Shown here one piece after another: positions 1 through 13,205 of a DNA stretch of 64,000 nucleotides. Position 1 is the stretch's first letter. Every line of letters begins with the position of its first letter. The stretch is taken from the NCBI RefSeq assembly GCF_006345805.1, contig NC_043004.1, positions 89,776,001 to 89,840,000 on the forward strand, read 5' to 3'. Under the pieces are notes generated by a model. It was not told the origin of the DNA. It did not search any database and was given only the letters and a program-made list of their open reading frames with translations. Made by a program: the position numbers and the translations under genes. This DNA comes from Octopus sinensis (lineage: Eukaryota).

Positions 1-1149
1 TGACAAGTTATGAGTCGATCCGAGGTGTCAAAGAATAGTTGAAATTCATCTAATTCATATTAACATCCTTAAAATCTTGACATTAAACAATGTCGTCTTC
101 CATACTGAAGAACTTCAAGAGATCTTTTGCTCTATTTCGTTAAAAACTAAATATTGTACCGGAGCTAACAGATTATTTTGATTAAGCCTGAATTCCAATA
201 ATTTGTCTGAGGTCTTTGGAATATATATATATATATATATATATAGATACACATATAGAGTAAGAAGTAAGTACGTTCCAAGGTTTCTGGTGTAGAGTGT
301 TAGTAAGCTTCGAGTATGTATACAACTAGTAGTAAGTGTTCAAAGGTGGACAGTATACGATAAAACGAGTTTATTAACCATCATAAGTAAACTCTTTATC
401 CCATATTGAAATCAAAGCTGACAGTCACCATGCAACTTACGGTTAAACAACTAACGTTACTACAAATGCGAATAAAAATCCGAGAATATAAGGAACGGAG
501 CAGGTAAAGCACGGGCTACAGTTTTTTCATAACTAAAATTGTTGGTTACAAAACTTGTAACACAAAACCTACTTAGTCAATCTTCAGGCTCTATTACCTA
601 TAAGTTGTTTACATTGTCACGTTGAGATGGACAAATGGTTTATCAGATTAGCCACAGCACGAATGACAAGTTGAAAATAACAAACTCAAGGTCAAAGGAC
701 TAATGAAAGTAATAGTGGGTTGGTTGTCCTAGAAGAAAACAAAATAGATGTATTTACAGATGTCCTCAAGTCGAAGGAGAAGGATGCTAGGTAGAGAGGT
801 AGAGGAGGTAGGGAGGACTAAAGAGATTAGGGATAAGAGAATCTTAAGCGGGGCAATAAAATTCTTTACACTTTGATGTCGGGGAGATAGGCGGAGGACA
901 AATAAAACTTTTAGTTATTAAACCGAGTAAAAAGTCTAGACAGCTAAATTATGGAAACACTTTAACGAAGGAATTATAAGCAACACATTTATTCAAGTGA
1001 TCATTGGTCAATACTATTCTAACGTATCCCCATTCTTCTTAACAAGGCCATCATTTTCACTTTTAAGAACTTAGATCTCATTCGGAAACATGTTCATATA
1101 AGTCAAACGGACCGTCACACTGTAATTAAGTTCGACGAGAAATTATGGT

Positions 1150-1682
1150 CCCATAAGGACATACCCAATAATTTGGACATCCCTCTGGGGGTCTTGTTAC
1201 TCGGCTCAAGTGAACGTCCTCGTTTGGCCGCTGTGCTTTATAAAAAAAAATTAAAAAACACAGAGGATATATCGCATGTCTGCCTTAGATATCGTTTAGA
1301 TTTATCTCTGCATATGCATCCAAGTCCTGTCCAAGTTATCGGTTGCTTATTGTTATATGCCTTTACATTAGGGGACCATGAGTACGTAATTTTAATTGTG
1401 TGCCTATTAAATATTTTCCTCTATCAGTGGGAAAAGTGATTATCTAATAAGAATAAAAATGTTTTACATATATTTGGCCTAACATTTAGGGAGAAGGGTG
1501 GGTGAACTATAAAATATTGTGGAACCTAAACTTATGACTAAATGGTTGGGGCGGCAGAGGTTATAAAAGATTCTATCAATAAAGCCGCTATCCTGTAAAG
1601 CCTTATCTTAATACGGTGATGCGTTTTCAAATATTTCTTTACACGAAGAAAGATGTGTGATTCTACGAATAATATTCGGAAT
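1150..1682 (-). mobile_element. Penelope-like element fragment (RT C-terminal region, linker and Cys-rich segment preceding GIY-YIG), degenerate
   Basis: Manual minus-strand translation gives IPNIIRRITHLSSCKEIFENASPY*DKALQDSGF, HPPFSLNVRPNICKTFLFLLDNHF, KIFNRHTIKITYSWSPN and GCICRDKSK. These match PLE motifs RISxLSS..IF..A.PYY..AL..SGY, WFNPPFS.NV.TNIG..FL.L.D.HF, KIFNR.T.K.SYSC.PN and CNCR..CPL.G.C. The GIY-YIG catalytic motif itself is not readable. Confidence 0.7.
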
Positions 1683-4196
1683 TAAGTTATCTTTCCGACG
1701 AATTTCATTATGAAGTGTCCTAGCTACATCATCATGTCTCATCGGTAGATAATACCGTGATTACGTTTCCAGACAACTGCTTATGATGCGGATGATATCT
1801 TCGTTCACAAAGTCTGCATCGGTTGTCATATTTTACGGCTTTTTCTGCATCTCTATCCCTTTTGTGCATCAGGTATTTGGTTATTTCCTGTTCCTGGATT
1901 GCAAACGTATATACTTCAAAGTGGGAGGTAGTAATCCGGCTATTGGTCATTGATAGACTGTTTTGATTATCAATGTTACTATCATCTCGGAGCTTTCTAC
2001 TAACATACCTAAGCATAGTCTTTTGCTCATATCTGCTCATCCTTTCATCGTTGCGGTAGAGTCGTGCGACTTCTTTGAGCATGTATTCTAGGTTATCAGA
2101 CAAGGAATGTTGCTCAAGCAGCTGCCTTCCACGTCTTATGACGTTATCAGCCTCATGTATGCACTTCGACACTTGGTGGTTAAAAGATATTGCTGAAGGG
2201 ATATGATGCGACCTTCAGAGGCATTTTGGATCGATGTTGAGCCTCTGTTGCCTTGTTTTCATTTTAGGTAGTGATGTGGATATGTGTGCTTGTTAGTATT
2301 TTTCGGGTTTTCACATCAATGGCTCGGATCTCATCAAGCGTCCAATAAAGCAGCCCAAATGTTGGTATGAGTACTGACACTGCAAACACATTGTGGCCAC
2401 TGTTTTATTCAATGTAGAGTTGTGAGGTTCAAATTTTCTTTATTCGGCTGTAATATTCTTTAGTAACACATGTTTTGTTACAGGTGCCATTGTAACATGT
2501 GTTTTCATCCATCCCTAGATACCTGTAATATTCCTTGTCAGATATAGGGAAAACAGTCAAGTCATTGAGGAGGATGTTGCTAGTCTGGTTTACAGTTTTC
2601 CCCCTTTTTACAAGCATATAATAACATTTATCCTCACCAAACCCTACATCCTTTGAGAATGTTGTATCTAGGTCAAGGCTATTTTTCATCTGGTGCATAT
2701 TCTTTGCATGAAGTTTCAAGTCATCCACAAAGAAATTGTGTAATTTTGGTATTTCTATTTTCTTCTGAACCAAACTTCCTTAACACGAATGACAAGGGGC
2801 CTATAGAAAGTATAAACATCACAGAGAGGCTGTCTCATTGGAATATGCCTTTGCGATACTGTATTCTATCAGTGGTAATACAGTCACTCTTTTTGTCTAA
2901 TTTCAAGATGGTGACTCACGATGAAGTCAGATCAGCTATGGTTTTGACTATGCTCACTGGAACTTTAGCAAATTGAAGGTTTTCCTGCATCTATGGTTGA
3001 GAAACAGAGTCAAAGGCTTTCTTGTAGTCTAGCTACTTTGAAACTAGGTCCCTCCTATGATCTCGCACTTCTGACACCACAGTTTTGTTGATTAATAATT
3101 GATCGGCACATCCCCAGACTCCTTTCTTCCAAACTGCATTGTTCTGCTGTGATGATGTTATTAGTTTCACAATGGTCCTGGACGAAGGGTTTAAGCATGT
3201 TGTATTTATCTTATACATTAAGTCCTGGCATGTAATTGGCCGGTAGGTTTTTACCATGTGGGTGGTTCTACATTTTGGGGTCAAATTTGTCTCTGCTGGA
3301 GCTAACCAGTGTGATATGCTATTGTTCCCATTGAGAGCTTGCTGGCACAGATTGATAAGATATGGTCGGTAGAAGGTTAGCTTCTTGTACCAATATCCAA
3401 CAATCAAGTCTCTTCCGGGTGCTTTTCCATCCTGAAGTTATTGGATTACAGTTGTAAGAGTATCACCATCAATGCTGTATATATAACTTTTACGGGTTTC
3501 TTTCAGCGATTGAGCATCTTGGTTAAACTCCTCTTCACTCAGGATTTTCCTCCAGAAGGACTCTATGTCTTCTCGCGAAGGAGCTACTGTGATGTTCACT
3601 GCTCCTCTTCTCATGTCTCTGAATACTGCTGCCTGGTTCCGGTCAAATTTTTGTTCATTGTTCTTCTCTCAGTTCTTCTCTTCTGATGTCGGGGTTTCTC
3701 ACTGACAGCTTTTAGCTCCTGCATGAGGGTAATCAGTTTGCAAGTGAGTGTCCTCTTTTTGCTGTCTCCAAACATCATTTCTAACTCCTTCTTTACTTTC
3801 TGTTGGTGGGACGTATAATAATTTGCTTGTTTGCACGCAATAAGCATCTTCACACGACTGATGGTCTTCCGTAAACCAGTTATCTTTTTCTCTGTCTTCA
3901 AAACCTGTGATAGTACTTTGTTGTTTCGGTTTTGCTCACTTTTTGAATGTCATTCATGTACTGCTTTGCATAGTAGCCAGAGCATATAAACAGGCGTTAA
4001 TCTGCCAGAATGTGTGTTCATCACACTGCTGTAAATACTCATCACCAATTTCGTTAACAGATGTTTTTTTATTTTTATTTTACTTTGGTAGAGAATACTC
4101 TCTCCTCGAGAAATAAGCCAACATTATTTCTTCTCGGAAAATTTCAGTAAGGGCACATTTCACCGGTGTATAATCCTGACCACCACCACCACCACC

Positions 4197-4242
<46 letters not shown>

Positions 4243-4790
4243 GAATCGTTGAGGTTGTGTCTGCTATTTACCATAGTCGTAGTACGGGGCAGTGGTCATG
4301 TAGTTTGGCTGGCAGGCACTATGGAATCTGTTGGAATATCGCTAGCTGCGAAACCACGTGGTAGTCTTACGTCATTCACGGTTTCGTTTTTGTTTATAGA
4401 ATTGGGAAGAAGGTTAATTTTCGATTTTTTAATAAAGTTACAGTTACTAACCTTCTTCATATGTTCTACAAATGTCGCTGTTTGGCGTAGTTGCTTCGCA
4501 AGTAAAAGGATTTAATTCTGGATGCAGATCGTCCCAATATGATTTCAATCGATTCATATAGCCAACGGCGGGGTTTTGCTTCGCTTTATCGTAGCAGTTA
4601 AATGGATCAGTATTCAATTCATAACTCCAAGAGAACTGAGTTCTGTAATTACGGTTTCTTCTGTAACTACAACTAGAAAGAATTTGTTTACATGTTGCGC
4701 TGTTGTTTCCGTTCTGTTCCTCGATTGTGTTGTTGTTGATTTTGAGTCCAGCCATGTTGTTTATAGTAATGCTAAATTCAAGTTTCAGTC
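1683..4790 (-). mobile_element. R4/Dong-clade non-LTR retrotransposon, near full-length ORF remnant lacking the RLE domain; frameshifted
   Basis: Minus-strand pieces in the correct order: N-terminal GYMNRLKSYWDDLHPEL (ORF 4447-5034); coiled region (3611-3901); RT motifs YRPITC and GVWGCADQLLIN (3033-3407), LDYKKAFDSVS, GIFQ*DSLS, FVDDLKL..FGEDKC..YRYLG (2429-2773); AIQEQEI..RCRLC and RHDDVARTLH (1732-2172 and beyond). Confidence 0.9.
4178..4241. repeat. (CCA)n(CTA)n compound microsatellite inside the R4 ORF
   Basis: Direct read; encodes an in-frame Ser/Gly run in ORF 4080-4274(-). Confidence 0.9.
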
Positions 4791-4821
4791 GACAATTACT
4801 ACGATCGTGAATAAAAGCTTC

Positions 4822-4823
<2 letters not shown>

Positions 4824-4852
<29 letters not shown>

Positions 4853-4974
4853 TGTATGTATGTATGATGTATGTGTGTGTATGTATGTATGTATGTATGT
4901 ATGTATGATGTATGTGTGTGTATGTATGTATGTATGTATGTATGTATGTATGTATGCATGTATGTATGTATGTA
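4824..4974. repeat. (TATG)n microsatellite
   Basis: Direct read. Confidence 0.95.
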
Positions 4975-5376
4975 TACTCTTACTCTTACACTTTTACTTG
5001 TTTCAGTCATTTGACTGCGGCCATGCTGGAGCACCGCCTTTAATCGAGCAACTCGACCCCTGGACTTATTCTTTTGTAAGCCCAGTACTTATTCTATCGG
5101 TCTATTTTGCCGAACCGCTAAGTAACGGGGACATAAACACACCAGCATCGGTTGTCAAGCAATGCTAGGGGGACAAACACACACACGCATATATATAATA
5201 TACATATATATACGACGGGCTTCTTTCAGTTTCCGTCTACCAAATCCACTCACAAGGCTTTGGTCGGCCCGAGGCTACAGTAGAAGACACTTGCTCAAGG
5301 TGCCACGCAGTGGGACTGAACCCGGAACCATGTGGTTGGTAAACAAGCTACTTACCACACAGCCACTCCTGCGCCT
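4975..5376 (-). mobile_element. SINE family A (tRNA-derived head GGCGCAGGAGTGGCTGTGTGG...GGTTCAGTCCC, internal CA/TA microsatellite, AAAGAGTA-type tail); resembles octopus OK/OR SINEs
   Basis: Pol III A-box (TGGCTGTGTGG) and B-box (GGTTCAGTCCC) on the minus strand; near-identical copies occur elsewhere in the window. Confidence 0.9.
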
Positions 5377-5927
5377 ATGTCTGTCTGTCTGTCTGTATGT
5401 ATGTCTGTATGTATGTATGTATGTATGTATGTATGTATGTACGTATGTATGTGTGTATGTATGTATGCATAACTCTAACTAGTTCTGGCCATTCTGCACA
5501 TCTTAATGCAAGGTATGAATCCACGAAAGTGGTAGTGAAAAGCACAAATACGTCAAACGTAATTAGATGTTATGTGGTAAGTTGAAAATTATTTCCATAC
5601 TGCTTCATCAAGAAAGCGGTTATACTAATTTTGTTTCCTTTTTTTTTTTCTCGTGTGTGTGTTTATGATACAGTCGAGCTACATGAAATGACTGGGTAAG
5701 AAAAGAATGGCTGGAAAGAAGAGATTTCTGTATTGGGAAGTACACAAGAAACATCCTCCCGGTACAATTAGAAAACATCTTGCTCCTGGTACGAATTACG
5801 TTTCATGAAACAGATTCACGCAAATTACTGAAGTTTGGATAAGGTAGGTGGCCCTTTCAAATCACTGTTTGAGAAATTTTCTTGTTCCAAGTCGAGAGAA
5901 ATTGAAGGCAGCAATCTTTAATGTACC

Positions 5928-6428
<501 letters not shown>

Positions 6429-6668
6429 CATGAGAAAATTAATGAAAGGATGTTCTTACGGGTTTATTTTAAACTTTTGAGAAAATGTTTGAAATTTCAC
6501 TGGATTGTGAAAAAGCTGGGAGCAACAATTCCACAAAAGGTAAAGATCTTGTGAAGGGGTAACTCTTCTTGCTTCCAGTACATACATACAAACATACTGG
6601 CAGGCAGACAGACACGCACGCACACACACACGCATACATTCATACATATGTATGTATGCATGTATGTC

Positions 6669-7238
6669 AAACAACTCTTTTATGGAGAGTTAGCTAAAGG
6701 AGAACGACCTTCACATAAACCAAAAAAGAGGTATAAGGACTTGCTGAAGGCTTCCTTAAGAGATGCTTGCATCTCTCTTGACACATGGGAAGGCATAGCT
6801 ATTGATCGTAGCAGGTGGAGAAGGATTGTGCATGAGGGGACAGCCAGTTTTGAGAAATCACGAGTTGCACATGAGAAAGTAAGGAGGGATGTCAGGAAGG
6901 GCATCGCTGTTACACTTCCAGAAGGGAAAGGTCTTCCTTTGATACTGACATGCAATGTCTGTGCAAGACCCAGCCTCAGTAAAGCTGGATTCAAGAGTCA
7001 TCTTCGTAGTCATAAAACGAGACAGATGAGTGACAACCTGGCCACAGGTGGTGGTGTAACACACCATACTAATCATATCTGTCGGGTATGTGGAAGAGAG
7101 TGTAATTCGGCAGGAGGACTTAAACGACATGCAAAGGTACATGAAGCCCAGTTACAACTACAGCCGGCTATTACCAGTAAAGGTTTTAGTTGCCAATTTT
7201 GTACAAGACATTGTAGATCTTTAGCAGGGCTAAAAAGT
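6669..7238 (+). mobile_element. RTE-clade LINE 3' ORF fragment with three tandem C2H2 zinc-finger motifs
   Basis: ORF 6648-7667 residues 8-197. KQLFYGEL..G.R....PKKRYKD.LK.SL....I....WE..A.DRS.WR is the RTE post-RT signature, followed by CxxC-x12-HxxxH twice and a third CxxC-x12 cut by (ACAT)n. Confidence 0.85.
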
Positions 7239-7239
7239 C

Positions 7240-7597
7240 AATACATACATACATGCATACATACAAGCATACATACATACATACATACATACATACATAC
7301 ATACATAAATACATACATACATAAATACATACATACATACATATATACATACATACATACATACATGCATACATACATGCATGCATACATACATGCATAC
7401 ATACATACATACATACATACATACACACACATACATCATACATACATACATGCATACATACATACATACATACAAACATACATACATACATACATACATA
7501 CACACACACACATCATACACACACACACATACACACACACATACATACATACATACATACATACATACATACATACATACATACATACATACATACA
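7240..7597. repeat. (ACAT)n microsatellite
   Basis: Direct read. Confidence 0.95.
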
Positions 7598-7913
7598 AGG
7601 ATGTTACATGATTATTGAAAAAATATTCCACCCACAGCCATTCAAACTATTGTCCTGGCAAATGTAGGTGCTGCTAGAGAAGATTAAAGAAAGCGTTTTT
7701 ACCAAGACAAAAGCTAGGGGGAAAATATCAGGGAAGGTGGAATATACATATATGATGGCAGACCATTGCATGTGCCCAGTATGATAACAGAACAGGAATG
7801 ATCATATTGAACAATCTAGGAGGAGAAAGCTGCTTTGTAAAGAGAAGCCTGTTTTTATGCTCATTCTTCTCTTCAGGTGATGAGTTAGCATGAAGTTATT
7901 GGTATTTTCCACA

Positions 7914-8075
7914 GTGGCTGTGTGGTAAGTAGCTTGTCTACCAACCACATGGTTCCGGGTTCAGTCCCACTGCGTGGCATCTTGGGCAAGTGTATTCTAC
8001 AATAGCCTCGGGCCGACCAAAGCCTTGTGAGTGGATTTGGTAAACGGCAACTGAAAGAAGCCTGTCGTATATATG

Positions 8076-8108
<33 letters not shown>

Positions 8109-8328
8109 TTGTGTGTCTGTGTTTGTCCCTCTAGCATTGCTTGACAACCGATGCTGGTGTGTAAACGTCCCCGTCACTTAGCGGTTTGGCCAAAGAGGCC
8201 GATAGAATAAGTACTTGGCTTACAAAAAATAAGTCCCGGGGTCGATTTGCTCGACTAAAGGCGGTGCTCCAGCATGGCCGCAGTCAAATGACTGAAACAA
8301 GTAAAAGAGTAAAAGAGAGTAAAGAGTA
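7914..8328 (+). mobile_element. SINE family A copy (slightly 5' truncated)
   Basis: GTGGCTGTGTGGTAAGTAGC head through the AAAAGAGTAAAAGAGAGTA tail. Confidence 0.9.
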
Positions 8329-8705
8329 TAGCACTGTTTACTATTATGCGTATCGTTTCAACACTATTTGATGTGTTCCACGAGGTCTTTTTATGTGATT
8401 GAATAATGCAAAAACAACAATATGTATAATATAAGAGATTAATATTGAATTCATTTTTACAAAATATAGCTAATTTTCTTAAACCCTAACGTAGTACCAA
8501 AATATAGGCGAAAAGAAGTGAACCCTCCTATAAAACAACTAAAATATCTATATTAGCTGAACTGTTGCATAAATTGCAACTTTTCTTTTAATATGTGCGT
8601 CTTGTTTGACTGCTTTACTAAAATTTGAAAATATGTTTTTGGAAAAACTTTACGTTATACTACAAACGAAATCAGTGTTCCTAAATTAGATAAGACGACA
8701 CCTTT

Positions 8706-8706
8706 C

Positions 8707-8778
<72 letters not shown>

Positions 8779-8790
8779 GTAATAATAATA

Positions 8791-8825
<35 letters not shown>

Positions 8826-8853
8826 AATAATAATAACAACGACAATAATAATG

Positions 8854-8898
<45 letters not shown>

Positions 8899-8910
8899 GT
8901 AATAATAATA

Positions 8911-8942
<32 letters not shown>

Positions 8943-8986
8943 AATAATAATAATAATGATAATAATAATAATAAATAATAATAATA

Positions 8987-9032
<46 letters not shown>
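8706..9032. repeat. (AAT)n/(GAT)n compound microsatellite
   Basis: Direct read; includes an internally duplicated block of about 100 bp. Confidence 0.95.
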
Positions 9033-9035
<3 letters not shown>

Positions 9036-9310
9036 TGGAACCTGAAAACAGAAACAATTCCTATCATAGTAGGTGCATTAGGCATGATAAAAAAATATTC
9101 AGACAAATACATAACAAAAACACCAGGACTTACAAACACATATAACATACAGAAAATTGCACTACTAGGCACTGCACACATCCTACGCAGAACACTTTCC
9201 ATACAATAACCATCAGAGCATCACAACAAATCACAGCACATACCCAAGGCACACAGAGCTGCGCTCGGTAGTGAAGTGAAAGCACGCTATAAAAATAAAA
9301 CTACTGAATA
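9033..9310 (+). mobile_element. 5'-truncated R4/Dong-clade LINE 3' end embedded in (AAT)n
   Basis: 9033-9209 translates as MWNLKTETIPIIVGALGMIKK...IQKIALLGTAHILRRTLSIQ*, the canonical R4/Dong C-terminus; ~100-bp 3'UTR; (AAT)n on both sides. Confidence 0.9.
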
Positions 9311-9501
<191 letters not shown>

Positions 9502-10447
9502 TGGCAAAAACATTTCCTTTTCGAAATGCAATTCATTGTTATAGTAAGAATAAGCATTAAGCAAAAACCATACAATTCGTTGATGATTCTTATTTTACAA
9601 ATGGAATTGCATTATATCTGTACCAAGATATGTACCATTTCCAGGCCCAGTCTAGTAAATGAAACTAATAACTTCTGTTGTGACATACAAGAAGGTTGAG
9701 TTCTCGAGCGTTCTGGGTTTGCTTTTTTTTTGTGTATTCGGTTACTATCACTAATGTCACAAAAAGTTTCTTGTCGAAACTCTCATACCTCTTCGCCGTG
9801 TCGTGTCCGCACTAAATATACTAGTTAGAAAAAAACTACGTTGAAATGCTCGAGAAACCCATCAAAATATAACGTACGTCATTGTCACAAAACATAGGTG
9901 CTGTTTTAAATTTTCGAGTGGTTCTTTCGGCGTTCGCTTTAGTCTAAAGAAATCCCTGACAATAAAACGACCGTGTTTTTTCAATGATTTCTCAGCAAAT
10001 AAATAGGATTTCTTTTTTTTTTTTTCACTTTTCAGACCTTTTTAGTATTTATTTATTTATTTATTTATTTATTTAGCAAGCAGAAAGTTATTTGAATATG
10101 ATGTATGCGACCAATAATCATATACTGAACATACGCGCATAAAGAAACATTCTTTGCCTCCTTTTTCAGCTTTTGGAAACGATTATAATTGTTAGACATG
10201 ATTCTTCAATGTTTTTGTTAGTACATTTTATAAATATTTTGTCATTATTTCTTCTAATACTTTAATACTTGGAGCGTAGATACCTGGAGAAAAAGGATAA
10301 CAGCCGAACTAAATGCTCTGTGATATTATAATTACATCACTGCTATATGAAGTATGTGCACATTCATTGAATGAAGCTCTCTCTGCTTATTATAAGAATT
10401 GTACGAATGTTTGTAAGACAGTGGATGCATGTATGCAAAACGCATTA

Positions 10448-10484
<37 letters not shown>

Positions 10485-10887
10485 TTCACGCGCGGCGCGT
10501 GGCGCGCGTGCGCATGTGCGTATATGTCTGCATTTAGAAATGGAAAAGAGAAGGTGTTGGGGTGAGGGGAGAAGCGGTAGACGCTGCTACCAACAAAGGA
10601 AGGAGATGAATGGAAGGGACTTGGGGCCGAGGATAGCTTACACTAGATTGAGATGAAATGATACATGAATAATGTATGAGAAACAAAAACAAAATGCTAT
10701 TGTGTTTTTATCGAATGTCGTAGTTCTAGATATATTTGATATTGTTTAAACATTAAACATATTTAAGACATATTTGAAAACGAAATAGTATTTGTTGCTT
10801 GTTGACAAAGGTGCGAAGAACTACATCGATGTATTATTTTATGTTCACCGATTTATACGCTCAGATACATATATGCATGCACGGAGG

Positions 10888-11241
10888 TGTACGTACGTAT
10901 GTACGTATGTACGTATGTATGTATGTATGTATGTATGTATGTATGTATGTATGTATGTACGTACGTACGTACGTACGTATGTATGTATGTATGTATGTAT
11001 GTATGTATGTATGTATGTATGTATGTATGTATGTATGCATGTATGTACGTATGTTATGTATGTATGTATGTATGTATGCATGCATGTATGTATGTATGTA
11101 TGTATGTATGTATGTATGCATGCATGCATGCATGCATGTATGTATGTATGTATGTATGTATGTATGTATGTATGTATGTATGTATGTATGTGTGTGTATG
11201 TATGTATGTATGTATGCATGTATGTATGTATGTATGTATGT
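10888..11241. repeat. (TATG)n microsatellite with TACG/CATG variants
   Basis: Direct read. Confidence 0.95.
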
Positions 11242-11835
11242 ACCAACATAAATTTAATAAAATTGCCAATTTAATGTGCGATTTCCTACCTGATATACAG
11301 TGGATCAGATCATGAAATGATAAAAATACATAAAGAAATACGTAAAATGCATCATCATCGATGATGCAGTGCATGTAGAATAACCTTTCAATATATGTAT
11401 ATACACACACACAATTTTTATCATGCATTTTGTCTGGCTATAGATGTGTGTGTGAGTATGTATGTATATATGTACACACACAAACACACAGACACACATA
11501 TATACCAACTAAGTTAGGGGTTGCGGATCCAACCCACTAAGGTATAATACTTATCTGTTGGTATAATACCCAAATTATTAATACACAAGTGTTTTTAATT
11601 GCTATGCAATTAACTTACTTATTGTGCTGAAACAGCTGTAAGGAGTGATTTTAATGATTCCAATAATTTATATTAAGGTTTTTATAATTGTTTTCTTATC
11701 TTATATGTATTGAATTATAATGTATATATATGTATGTTATTATGGTTCTCGTTTGGTAAAATAAATAAATAAGTCAACATTCTAATATCCTAAAGCTGAT
11801 AAAACAACTAAATTCTTTCTCCATTTTCTTATTTG

Positions 11836-11929
<94 letters not shown>

Positions 11930-11945
11930 ATATTATTTTTATTAT

Positions 11946-12103
11946 TTTACTTGTTTCAGTTATTTTGACAGTGGCCTTTTAGTCAAAAAATAAGCCTGGT
12001 ACTTATTCTGTCGGTTTCTTTTGCCTAACCTTAAGTTACGGGATGTAAACACACCAACATCGGTTGTCAAGCGATGGTGGAGGGACAAACACAGACACAA
12101 ACA

Positions 12104-12150
<47 letters not shown>

Positions 12151-12296
12151 GACAGGCTTCTTTCAGTTTCCGTCTACCAAATCCACTCACAAGTTGTCGA
12201 CCTGGGGCTATAGTAGAAGACACTAGCGGAAGTGGAACTGAACCCGGAGCCATGCGGTTGGGAAACAAGCTTCTTACCACACAGTACGCCTGCGCC
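11946..12296 (-). mobile_element. SINE family A copy, diverged with internal deletions
   Basis: Shares TTTTACTTGTTTCAGT, CATCGGTTGTCAAGC, CTTCTTTCAGTTTCCGTCTACCAAATCCACTCACAAG and the head end TGCGCC. Confidence 0.85.
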
Positions 12297-12806
12297 TTGC
12301 AGAGTACACACACACACACACCACACACACACACACACACAATAAGGTTCATTATAATAATTATAGGGAATTAATTAAGCCTTGAATATCACTTAATATA
12401 AATAACATTTTCCCTATATTCTCTCTCTACTAAAAAATTTTTTTACCCCAGTATTTTCCCCTCCCGTGCCTCCCCCTCTCTCTCTGCTCTACTCTCTCTT
12501 TTTCTCTCTCATTTTTATAGTATAATTTAGAAATCAGTTTGCTTCTTTCTGACAAGTTACAAATAAAACGAAATAGTTAATAAGTCAAAATATACGAGTA
12601 TTGAAAACTGTGGTTGTGTATGAATATTAAGGATTCCATAGTTGAAATGAAAAACAAGAAAAAAAATACATATTATAAGACATCTTCCATCTTATCAAAG
12701 GCAAATCTGTTTTACTATCAGAAAATAAATGATATTGACTGCTGACAAGATGATTCTCTCCCTTGCACTGAAGCAACTACTGAAACAATAGCTTGCATAA
12801 AATTAA

Positions 12807-13205
12807 TCTTTATATATAAAAGTGAAGTTGTGTGTCTGTCTCCTACGATTTAGATTCCTAACTACTCCCACATTTTGCGGTGCAGTTTAACCAAAACTGG
12901 GTATCTTATAGTCGTGGTTCATATCGAGCCCTTCTGGGTATTAGCGCGCGTCTACGATGAGTCTACGATTTATAAAAAAATTTACTATAATTCTTTTTTC
13001 CATTTTAATGCATTTTTTCGCTATTATATAAGGGAAGTAACTCTCTAAAAATGTCTACGATAAGTCAACGATTTAAAAAAAAATTACCATAATTGTTTTC
13101 CATTTTTAATATATTTTTTTTGCTATTTTTTGGCTATAACTCTCTAAAAATGCTTATATAGTTATTTCCCTTACAAACCCGAGCAACGCCGGGCGATACT
13201 GCTAG
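12807..13205 (+). mobile_element. Non-autonomous Helitron (~400 bp)
   Basis: 5' TC preceded by A; 3' hairpin CCCGAGCAACGCCGGG followed by CGATACTGCTAG and then T (A|T insertion, no TSD); near-identical second copy at 53958-54350. Confidence 0.85.

Noticed and set aside
560-610. CTGAAGA-containing possible pLTR hammerhead on the minus strand
   Set aside because: No GAAA or stems after the core; too degenerate.
1173-1439. Plus-strand ORFs at 1173, 2653, 3441, 3907, 4249, 43354 and similar
   Set aside because: Antisense shadows of minus-strand retroelement ORFs.
5690-5927. Possible APE endonuclease start on the minus strand (TLKIAAFN..LFHET)
   Set aside because: Only two weak motifs with stops; not enough to call.
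6648-7667. 339-aa ORF as a host C2H2 zinc-finger gene
   Set aside because: The N-terminal part is an RTE signature and both ends are microsatellite; treated as a LINE fragment.
10180-10280. Possible minus-strand terminal exon GIYAPSIKVLEEIMTKYL*
   Set aside because: Good acceptor but only 18 codons, no homology recognised and no upstream partner.
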